Shown piece after piece: positions 26,238 through 36,057 of a DNA stretch of 42,645 nt (the first letter of the stretch is position 1; every line of letters starts with the position of its first letter). Below the pieces are notes generated by a model. It saw nothing but the letters and a program-made list of their open reading frames with translations. It did no database searches and was not told the origin of the DNA. Source of the stretch: Fimicolochytrium jonesii (taxonomy: Eukaryota); contig NW_026515680.1 of assembly GCF_025526975.1 (NCBI RefSeq), forward strand, positions 744,001 through 786,645, given 5' to 3'. The position numbers and the translations under genes were made by a program.

Positions 26238-28318
26238 CTACCTCCTCCCTTGAGACCCCCTCCCCATCCAACTCTGGGTCTTCCCCCCTCTATCCCTCGC
26301 ATCCCCACTCCGCCTCTTCGGTCCACTCGGCCCACTCCTCTCCGCAACATACCCGTCATCCCCACCCCCGCCCCCGCCAAAGAACGAGTTATCATCGTCC
26401 CTATACCTGCGCTGCTGGAAGGGCTGGCGGGCGGGTTGGGGGTACGCGTCGAACCCGCCGCGGACGGGCGGCTCGGAGAGGCCGAGGACGCCGGAGGTGA
26501 AGTCGTCGATGGCTTGCCTTTGCGTGGCGGGGTTGAGGCGGAGGAGTTGGGAGTTTTGTCGTACTGTAAAAAAACACAGAGGGGAAGATCAGACATGTTC
26601 GAATGAAACGTGAAATGGGGGGGGGGGGCACATGAAGCGGAATACGTACAGTGTCCAATATAAGCAGAATAGCACTCCCTGACTAACCCCGGCTCAGCCC
26701 TCTTCTGCGCGACGCGGATCTTTGCTAATATCTCGTCATCGACATCCGCATCCTTCATGTCCACGTTCAGCTTGATCGGGACCTCGTCCTTCAACGCGTT
26801 CAGGAAGCCGCGTTCGTAGGCGGAGAGGATGAGGAGACCTTCACCTGTTGCGCCTGCACGACCTGTTCGGCCAATACGGTGGATGTACGAGTCGATGGAT
26901 CCCGGGGCGCCCATCTGGATGACCAGCGTGACGCCGGGATAGTCGACACCCCGCGCCGAGACGTCCGACGTGAACAGAACGCTGGACGTGGCCCGACGGA
27001 ACTTGTGAGCGACTTTACTGCGCTGGTTTTGGTCGAGTTTGGAGTGCAGTTCGAGGACATCCATCCGCCGGAGCTCGTTGAAGGCGCGGGCGAGGTAGGC
27101 AACGATACGGGTGGTCGGGAAGAAGACGATGATTTTGGCGGTCGGGTTGGCGTCGAGGTGCTTGCGGATCACGTCGTACAGGACCGGCAGTTGCTGCGAG
27201 TACGGTACAATGCTGTAAGTTTGTTTGACGGTGACATGCGTGGGGACGTCGTTTTCGGGGACGGTGTCGACGTAATCGTAGGAGGGTTTGAGGACGTATC
27301 GCGCGGTGGCTTTGATTTGCTTGGAGAGGGTGGCGGAGAACATGAAGGTTTGGCGGGTGCTAGGGAGGAAGGCGGCGATTTTCTCGATCTCGTCTTTGAA
27401 ACCCATTTCGAGGAGCTGGTCGGCTTCGTCGAAGATGAGGGTCTCTATTCCCATGAGCTTCTCGCGGAGGTGCGCGGAGCCTTGCAGGAGGTCGAGGAGC
27501 CGGCCGGGGGTCGCGACGAGGAAATCGACGCGGCTTTGCTCGAGACCGTCGAGTTGGCGGAGCCGCTTCTCGCCTCCGACGGCGTGTTTCACGCGGTAGT
27601 TGTGGGGCCGCAGCAGCTTCTCGGCTTCGGCGGTGATCTGGAAGGCGAGCTCACGGGTTGGGGAGATGCACAGCACGGTGATCCTGTCACCCTTGAACCT
27701 CTGCCCTTCCTTGCGCGCGATGGCGGATTCCAGGGCAGCGATCAAGAACGCTAGCGTCTTCCCGGTCCCCGTCTTGGCCCGCACGAGCAGGTCCTTGTCC
27801 GTGGGTAGCAGCTTCAACACGGCTTCCTGGACGGGAGAAGCGTGTTTGAATTTAAAATTGTGCTTCATCGCTGCCAGCGTGGGTTCGCTCAGCGCCAAGG
27901 AGTCGAACGTCGCATTGGCGTTCTCTGGGATGTCCTCCTGGGCCTCCTCTTCGAACACAAGCTCCTCGTCGTCCTCGAAAATCGGCCGACTGCTCTGCTT
28001 TTGGGCCGCAGCCACCCGCGACTCCAAATCCTCCAGATCTACGGCCTTGTCCCCTCTACGGTTGATAGAGTCCAAAACCTCGTCTTCCAAGTCCTGCAGA
28101 GCTGGTGTCGACTGCAGTGAGCGAGCTCCGACGCTGAAGTTCCGCAACAAAATGCCATGACGACCAGCGTTGCTGCAAGCCTTTGAGAGGTGAGCAGAGG
28201 AAGCTCGCACTGGAGCTACTGAGAGGGAGCGAGCTCCGAGTCTAGCGGAAAGGAAAAGCTTAACGGAAAGGACGCCCCTGAGGGACCTTTGCGAGGCCAG
28301 CGCCGTGAAAGTCTTCAT
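26238..28318 (-). CDS. MSS116: MSS116-like mitochondrial DEAD-box RNA helicase (intron 26564-26649)
   Basis: Presequence; AKTGTGKT, PTRELA, DEAD, SAT, SARGVDYP, HRIGRTGRAG. The spliced last exon reads LRQNSQLLRL...VLGLSEPP...QSWMGRGSQGRR*. Confidence 0.85.
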
Positions 28319-28996
28319 GGCGAGCGGGAAACCTTGGGATAACTGGCCTAGAGCCGTGGTTCCCTTTCGAGATAAAGAAGGGCGGAGAGAGACGACCGAG
28401 CAAGCGTACTCAGACTATAGTGCTTCTATGTCTACGTTACGTAGTAAGGTCTTCTCCTGCCTATCGGTGAAAGTTGTGCTAGTGGTCCTTGAAGCTCAGT
28501 CAGTGAGTGCAGGGGGAGAAAAAGCCCGATCGACGGGGCACGCGAAGAGCCCCATTCCGCACATCGCTCGAAGGAAGGCAGCAGCGCGTCGCACGTGACG
28601 GGACATTCCAAATCTTCCCCCCGACTGGCGACAGACTGGCTTCACACCCAATCATGCTTTTTCAAATCAATGTACACTATGATGAGAGCATTGTATGTAT
28701 TATGGGAGCATACATGCATGCAGCAGCAACTCCAACCTGCCCACACTCTATTTATCATCTATCGTCTACCCAACCAATGGCCCAACATCGTATTAACGTC
28801 CTCCACGCTGGTCCAGGGTCCCTATTCAAAATTTCAAAAGTCGCCCCCTTTACCTGCAGCCAGCTGATCGGCTGGATCTTTGACATGGACGTCTCCAAAG
28901 GAAGTGATTTGATCTCCCTCAATCCACAGGCAGGGCGAGGCAACAACGACCCCACATCCACCGTCGGTTGAGGGACTGCCAGCACCGCACCAGCGA

Positions 28997-29421
28997 TGTT
29001 ATGGACGATGCGCCCATACCATAAGCTTACCTACTGACAGCCACCAATGTCAACCGCCAATGTCAATGTCAATGTCAGTGTCAATGTCAGTGTCAATGTC
29101 AATGTCAATGCCACTCCCCCTCTCTCCTCTCATTTCGCCAATCCTCCCGCAATATCGCCACTCCTCCTCTCTCCTCTCATTTCTCCAATCCCTCCTTGGC
29201 TTCTCCACACCCCCCACTACTTCCCCATAGCCAGCAGCTGTAGCAATGCTCTCTACGCTCGCCACGCACGCTCTAGGAGCATAGCTGGCGCCCCCCCAGT
29301 CCCCTCTTGTTGCTGTTGTTCTCTGGCCTGCTGGGTTGCCTATCTATAGATAGCCGGCCTCTCTTCGTCCATTCCCTTCCTCCCCAGCAGATCAACACCG
29401 GTTCTTCTCATCTCCTGTTCT
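28997..29421 (+). repeat. LTR A1, truncated at GTTCT; TATA altered to TATAGATA
   Basis: Starts TGTTATG and is colinear with the full LTR up to ctcctgttct, where a new TGTTATG begins. Confidence 0.9.
29058..29111 (+). repeat. (CAATGT/CAGTGT)n hexamer array in U3, present in all six LTR copies
   Basis: Nine units here; seven in LTR B1. Confidence 0.9.
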
Positions 29422-29948
29422 TGTTATGGACGACGCGCCCATACCATAAGCTTACCTACTGACAGCCGCCAATGTCAACCGCCAAATGTCAAACGCCAAT
29501 GTCAATGTCAATGTCAGTGTCAATGTCAATGTCAATGCCACTCCCCCTCTCTCCTCTCATTTCGCCAATCCTCTTGCAATATCGCCACTCCTCCTCTCTC
29601 CTCTCATTTCGCCAATCCCCCCTCGGCTTCTCCACACCCCCCACTACTTCCCCATAGCCAGCAGCTGTAGCAATGCTCTCTACGCTCGCCACGCACGCTC
29701 TAGGAGCATAGCTGGCGCCCCCCCAGTCCCCTCTTGTTGTTGTTGTTCTCTGATCTGCTGGGTTGCCTATCTATAAATAGCCGGCCTCTCTTCGTCCATT
29801 CCCTTCCTCCCCAGCAGATCAACACCAGTTCTTCTCATCTCCTGTTCTAGTCCTTGTTTCTTGTTTCGCCAATACAATCTCTTGTCGCCTATCACACTTG
29901 CCCTGTCTTCTCTACTTCGCTTCCGCCCCCGTCGTTGAGATCATAACA
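29422..29948 (+). repeat. Full LTR B1 (527 bp), 5' LTR of unit 1
   Basis: TGTTATG...CATAACA inverted termini; TATAAATA at 29772; followed directly by the PBS. Confidence 0.93.
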
Positions 29949-29950
29949 GT

Positions 29951-29960
29951 TTGATCTGCT
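29951..29960 (+). other. Self-priming primer binding site (also at 35992-36001 and 42033-42042)
   Basis: TTGATCTGCT lies 2 nt after the LTR end and is the exact complement of AGCAGATCAA at 29813-29822, about 40 nt downstream of TATA. There is no TGG tRNA-type PBS. Confidence 0.8.
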
Positions 29961-30017
29961 CCAACACTGCGAAGTTCAGAACCTGTCCAGCCCTGCATCC
30001 GACAAACCTTTTTCGCC

Positions 30018-31016
30018 ATGTCCCAACCCGAATCCGTACCTTTCACCGCCAAGCAATGGAACGATATGTGCCAAGCCATCGCCGCCTTGCAAAGCCAAAA
30101 CGCCAACTTGCAGGCCAACCGAGCGCAAGCCCAAGCCGACGCACAAGCTGCCCAGAGCATCGCCGCCCAGGTTCAAGCCGATACGTACACCCGTCCCCAA
30201 GTCGCCAACCCTGCTCTGGAGCCAAGAATCAGCTCGCCCGAGAAGTTTGATGGTACCCGCAGCAAATTCCGTGGGTGGTTGAACAACATCCGGTTGATGT
30301 TTGCTCTCCAGCCCGACCGCTACCCCAGCGACATCATCAAGATCCAAACTATTGGCACCTACCTCACCGGCACTGCGCAAGCCTGGATGGCGCCCCTAGT
30401 CGAACGCCAAGATCACAGCCTTCAGGCCTTCAATAGTTTTATCAGTCAGATGCAATCGGTCTTCGGAGACAGCGACAGGGTCCGCACCTCTGAAAACAAG
30501 CTCCAGAACCTTCGCCAAACCCGTGCAGCCACCTAGTACATCGCCGAGTTCCGCCAGCTACAATGCAATGTCTCCTGGAATGACCAGGCCCTGATTGCTA
30601 CCTTCTGCCGTGGCCTCAAAGAGGACGTCAAGGATCTGATGCTCACAATGCCTCCTGCTGCCACCATTGATACGGTGATGGAGCAGGCGATCCAGTGCCA
30701 TAACCAACTGTTTGAGCGCCGCCTGGAGCGAAACAGAAGCCGCCAGACCTTCCCGGTTTCCCATACCTCGTTTACTACTACCACCACTGTCGACCACAGC
30801 GAGCCTATGCAGATTGACGCCACTCGTCCCCGCGGCGCTCTGAGCCCCCAGGAACGCCAACACCGCATTTCCAACAACCTCTGCCTCTACTGCGGTGGCG
30901 CAGGGCACATTGCAAAGGCCTGCCCAGCCAAGAACAGGACCACCACCCGTGCCGCCAACGTCGACATCAAAGAACCCTCCACCGAACAGGGTTTTCCCAA
31001 AGTCCAGCCGCAGTAA
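30018..31016 (+). pseudogene. gag: gag, unit 1, with an in-frame TAG at 30534-30536
   Basis: [46 protein letters not shown] and zinc knuckle [14 protein letters not shown]. Confidence 0.9.
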
Positions 31017-31033
31017 AGCCCCGGCGACTGGAC
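30989..31033 (+). other. -1 ribosomal frameshift signal between gag and pol (unit 2 copy at 37037-37081)
   Basis: G GGT TTT heptamer in gag phase, a 6-nt spacer, then stem GTCCAG/CTGGAC. The -1 frame is open through into pol. Confidence 0.8.
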
Positions 31034-34000
31034 AACACACACCGCCCCAGGCCTCCTAACCTCGCAGCTCCTGCAACGGGAGAGGCCACCCCCCTGGTTC
31101 CCGACTCCGTTATAGCCGACACAACCCTCCTAGCCGCTGCCCATGTCGAAAACTCCGTAATTAACCCCCGCGCCATGCTTGCGCTGGGTCCCGTCGAACC
31201 CTTCAACTACCCCGTTACCATCATGGTATCATCCAGCCGCGCCCCGATACCTACCTCAGCCATGATCGACAACGGTGCCCTGTCCTGCTTCATCGACAGA
31301 GACTTTGCCCGCAAACACCGCATCCCCCTAGTCCCGCATCAGCGTCCCCTGACGATCGAACTCGTTGACGGTCAACCCAGCTCTGCTGGCCCAATCACCC
31401 ATCACACCCAACCAGTAGGCATGTGGGTCGACGACCACTTCGAAGAACTCGTCTTCCATGTCACCAAATCACCCCATGCTCCAATCCTCCTTGGTCTCCC
31501 CTGGCTCCGCCTCCACGACATTAACCTTGACTTCAAGAACCTTTCGGTCGGTTTCCGTTGCGACTGTCAGTACCATGAATTCGCGAATTGGGACAACTCT
31601 CCAGCACCCCCGAGCCCAGCACCCGCCAGAACCCCCGAGCCCTTGATCCGCATCCCCCAGGATGAAGTCCCCGTCGACGAAACATGGTCGATTCCAGTAC
31701 CCAAGGTATCTCGCTCCAGCACCCCAGAACCGGCTCCCACGCCGCTCCGAGTCTCGTTCATCTCCGCCCCAGCCTTCCGGGTCGCAGCAAGGCATGACCA
31801 GGTCTTTGTCGCCTACGCCAACCCTGCGAAACCCGATCTCCCGGCCTCGCCTAGCCCCAGTAACCCCCCGACACCCGAGAAAGACATCAAAGACTTCCTG
31901 CCCCCCGAGTATCAAGACTTCGCCGACGTTTTCGAAAAGAGAAATGCTGACACTCTCCCCGAGCACCGGCCCTACGACTGTCCAATCGATCTGGAAGAAG
32001 GCAAGCAGCCACCTTTCGGCCCGATCTACAGCCTCAGCGAACCAGAAATGAAGGCACTCTGCGAATACCTCGAAGAAAACCTCGCCAAAGGATTCATCAA
32101 ACCCTCAAAGTCCCCTGCCGGTGCGCCAGTCTTATTCGTGAAGAAAAAGGACGGTTCTCTCCGCCTCTGCGTCGATTATCGAGGCCTGAACAGCATCACG
32201 GTGAAGAATCGCTACCCCCTGCCCCTGATCAACGGTATCATGGATCGTTTGCGCGGCGCCCGCCGTCTCACCAAGATCGACCTCCGCGGCGCTTATAACC
32301 TCTTACGCATGCGCCCGGGCGATGAATGGAAGACCGCCTTCCGCTGCCGCTACGGCCTATTCGAATACAATGTCATGCCCTTTGGACTCAGCAATGCTCC
32401 TGGCGTCTTCCAGTACCTGATGAACGACATCTTCTGCGACATTCTCGATGTGTTTGTTGTCGTCTACCTCGACGATATCCTGATATTCTCCAAGAACCCC
32501 GAAGATCACCCCAAACATGTCCGCGAAGTCTTGTCCCGCCTCCGACAGCATGGGTTGTACGCCAAACCAGAGAAGTGCGAATTCAACCGCGAATCCGTTG
32601 AGTTCCTAGGCTTCATCATCTCCGAGAAAGGCATCCAGATGGACCCCAAGAAGATCGCTGCCATCACGGATTGGGAACCTCCCAAGACTGTCAAAGGCGT
32701 CCAGCGGTTCCTCGGCTTTGCCAACTTCTATCGCCGATTCATCCAAGGTTATTCCAAGATCGCTACCCCGCTCACAGCCCTGACCCGGAAAGACATCCCG
32801 TACGCCTGGACACCCGCCGCAAACACCGCCTTCGACAACCTGAAGAAAGCATTCACCACCGCCCCCATCCTTGCTCACCCTGACCCAGAGAAGCCCTTCG
32901 TCGTCGAAACTGACACCTCCAACTTCGCTCTTGGCGCAGTTCTCCTCCAACCTGACCAGGACAATCAGCTCCACCCCGTGGCCTTCCACTCTCGCAAATT
33001 CACGGCCGAAGAGATCAACTACGAGATCTACGACAAGGAACTTCTGGCCATCCAAGACTCCTTTGCCCAGTGGCGACACCATCTCATTGGCGCCCGTCAC
33101 AAGATCACCGTTTACTCCGACCATCAAAACCTTCAGTACTTCATGACCACCCGCAACCTGAACCGCCGCCAAGCCCGCTGGTCGATATTCTTCTCGGATT
33201 TTGACTTTGTCATTACCTATCGCCCCGGTTCCCAGCAGCACCAAGCCGATGCCCTCTCCCGACGCTCCAAACATGAGCTAAAAAGGGGGAAGAAGCGTTC
33301 CGCTCCCAGGCAACCACAATTTTGACTCCCGAACGCCTTCGACTCGCCGCGGCCTACCTCACACCCATGGATACCACGCTGCTTGACAAGATTAAGGCCG
33401 CCCAGGCCTCTGATCCCCTTGCTAAGACCATTCGCAAACAGCTCAAGATACCCCTCGCCCAACGAACTGAGGAAACCCAAGATCGTATCAAGCGGTTCTC
33501 AGATGAAGATGGGATCCTGCTGCACGATAACCTGGTCTATGTCCCCACCAACGAGCTCCGAGCTGAAGTCTGCCACAACATGCACGATACACCCCTAGCC
33601 GGCCACTTTGGGATGTCCAAGACGCTCAAACTCGCCTCCCACAACTACTGGTGGCCCAGCCAGTGGCGCTTCGTCAAGGCCTACGTCAAGTCCTGCGATA
33701 CCTGTAGCCAAGCGAAATCCAGTCGACACAAACCTTACGGGCTACTCCAGCCCAACAGTATCCCTACCCGCCCTTGGGGATCTTGGTCCCTGGACTTTAT
33801 CACCGGTCTGCCTCCCGTGGACGGGTACGACTCCATCCTGAACGTCAACTGTCGCCTCACCAAGATGGCCCACTTCATCGCCTGCAGCAAGTCAGAATCC
33901 GCCGAATCCACCGCCGACCTAGTCTTCCACAACGTCATCCGTCTCCACGGCCTCCCCGACGACGTCATCTCTGACCGAGGACCCCAGTTTAAGTCCCGGT

Positions 34001-34908
34001 TCTGGCGTCGACTTCTCGAACTCCTTGGGGCAAAAGCCAACCTCTCCTCGGCCTTCCACCCCCAGAGCGATGGCCAGACGGAACGCACCAACCAGATCCT
34101 GGAGCAGTATCTCCGATGCTTTTGCAACCACCAACAGGACAACTGGAAACAGCTTCTGTCGTCCGCCGAGTTCGCCTACAACAACACCCACCAGTCTGCC
34201 TCCCAGATCACCCCATTCTACGCCAACGAAGGTCTCCACCCCCGCTTCAGTTTCGCTGCCTCCGCTACCTCCGAATCCGTCAACCCCGCCGTCGAAGCCC
34301 ACGCTAAACAAATCAAGGAAGTCCATGAACAGCTCGCCCTTGAGCTCAAGGAAGCCCAAGATCGAATGAAGCGCTATGCCGACGCTAAACGAATTCCTGG
34401 ACCGGACTTCAACGGAAAATAAGCCTGGCGACCAAGTCTGGCTCCTCCGCAAAAACCTCCAGACGACCCGGCCCTCTCCAAAACTTGACAATCGCAAGAT
34501 TGGGCCGTTCCCCATCGTTGAAAAGATCAACCTGTTGCCTACCGCCTCAAGCTCCCGGCTACCTACAAAATCCACGATGTCTTCCATGTCTCGCTCCTTG
34601 AACCGCGCTTCACCATCCCCGAACGACACGAACCCAAACCCGCGCCTCCAGAGACTGTTGAGGGTCAAGAAGAGTGGGTTGTCAAAGCCATCCTTGACTC
34701 TCGCATCCATCGTCGTCGCCTTCAGTACTTGGTCAAATGGCAGGGCTGGCCTGACTCCGAGAACACCTGGGTGCCCGTGGAACACCTCACCCATACCGAC
34801 GCACTCCTCCAGGACTTCCACAGCGCGTACCCCAACAAGCCTTCCTCTGTCCCCGTAGCACCTCCTCTGGGGCCACACCAAACTCGACGCCGCCGCCGCC
34901 GCCGCTAG
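30989..34908 (+). pseudogene. pol: pol, unit 1 (PR-RT-RH-IN-chromodomain), disrupted
   Basis: MIDNGA, LCVDYRGLN, YLDD, HDTPLAGH..CDTC, SDRGPQF, YLVKWQGW. Lesions: 1-nt loss in an A-run near 33282, 10-nt insertion at 34411-34420, 1-nt deletion near 34531. Confidence 0.92.
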
Positions 34909-34920
34909 AGAGAGGGGTGA
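34907..34920 (+). other. Polypurine tract (also at 40948-40961)
   Basis: AGAGAGAGGGGTGA immediately before the LTR start TGTTATG. Confidence 0.85.
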
Positions 34921-35989
34921 TGTTATGGACGACGCGCCCATACCATAAGCTTACCTACTGACAGCCGCCAATGTCAACCGCCAAATGTCAAACGCCAATG
35001 TCAATGTCAATGTCAGTGTCAATGTCAGTGTCAATGTCAATGTCAATGCCACTCCCCCTCTCTCCTCTCATTTCGCCAATCCTCTTGCAATATCGCCACT
35101 CCTCCTCTCTCCTCTCATTTCGCCAATCCCCCCTTGGCTTCTCCACACCCCCCACTACTTCCCCATAGCCAGCAGCTGTAGCAATGCTCTCTACGCTCGC
35201 CACGCACGCTCTAGGAGCATAGCTGGCGCCCCCCCAGTCCCCTCTTGTTGCTGTTGTTCTCTGGCCTGCTGGGTTGCCTATCTATAAATAGCCGGCCTCT
35301 CTTCGTCCATTCCCTTCCTCCCCAGCAGATCAACACCAGTTCTTCTCATCTCCTGTTCTTGTTATGGACGATGCGCCCAGACCATAAGCTTACCTACTGA
35401 CAGCCACCAATGTCAACCGCCAATGTCAATGTCAATGTCAGTGTCAATGTCAGTGTCAATGTCAATGTCAATGCCACTCCCCCTCTCTCCTCTCATTTCG
35501 CCAATCCTCCCGCAATATCGCCACTCCTCCTCTCTCCTCTCATTTCTCCAATCCCCCCTCGGCTTCTCCACACCCCCCACTACTTCTCCATAGCCAGCAG
35601 CTGTAGCAATGCTCTCTACGCTCGCCACGCACGCTCTAGGAGCATAGCTGGCGCCCCCCCAGTCCCCTCTTGTTGTTGTTGTTCTCTGATCTGCTGGGTT
35701 GCCTATCTATAAATAGCCGGCCTCTCTTCGTCCATTCCCTTCCTCCCCAGCAGATCAACACCAGTTCTTCTCATCTCCTGTTCTAGTCCTTGTTTCTTGT
35801 TTCGCCAATACAATCTCTTGTCGCCTATCACACTCGCCCTGTCTTCTCTACTTCGCTTCCGCCCCCGTCGTCGAGATCATAACAGTTCTAGTCCTTGTTT
35901 CTTGTTTCGCCAATACAATCTCTTGTCGCAAATCACTCTCGCCTTGTCTTCTCTACTTCGCTTCCGCCTCAGTCCTCGAGATCATAACC
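34921..35989 (+). repeat. Composite LTR 2: A2 (34921-35359) + inserted full LTR B2 (35360-35884) + GTTCT and remaining U5 (35885-35989)
   Basis: GTTCT at 35355-35359 and 35885-35889 flanks a complete TGTTATG...CATAACA LTR. The trailing U5 ends CATAACC. Confidence 0.9.
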
Positions 35990-36057
35990 GTTTGATCTGC
36001 TCCAACACTGCGAAGTTCAGAACCCGTCCAGCCCTGCATCTGCCACACCTTTTCGCC

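Noticed and set aside
26186..26649. C-terminus of the 710-aa helicase ORF as given in the ORF track
   Set aside because: It reads through an intron (26564-26649). The spliced last exon uses another frame and ends at 26238.
28777..28971. Short ORF MAQHRINVLHAG... next to the array edge
   Set aside because: About 64 aa with no recognisable motif. It could be a relic, but I cannot support that.
29058..29111. Hexamer array as a telomeric repeat or CRISPR
   Set aside because: It is internal to LTRs, not TTAGGG-like and has no spacers; the context is eukaryotic.
29047..29349. ORFs with NVNVNVSV or IDIDIDTD repeats, recurring in each LTR
   Set aside because: They are translations of the U3 hexamer repeat, with no other sign of coding function.
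30534..30536. TAG reassignment in the nuclear genetic code
   Set aside because: COX6A, ATP5, the LIM gene, NSE3 and MSS116 all end at TAG at the expected positions.
33278..33292. Second programmed frameshift between RNase H and integrase
   Set aside because: Unit 2 has one more A and reads through in frame, so this is a homopolymer indel or a sequencing error.
32606..34941. Long antisense ORFs over pol and other genes
   Set aside because: Expected shadows of GC-rich, codon-biased sense ORFs.
35885..35989. Simple slippage duplication of U5
   Set aside because: It begins exactly with the 5 bp that precede the inserted LTR and is diverged, which fits a TSD plus host remainder better.
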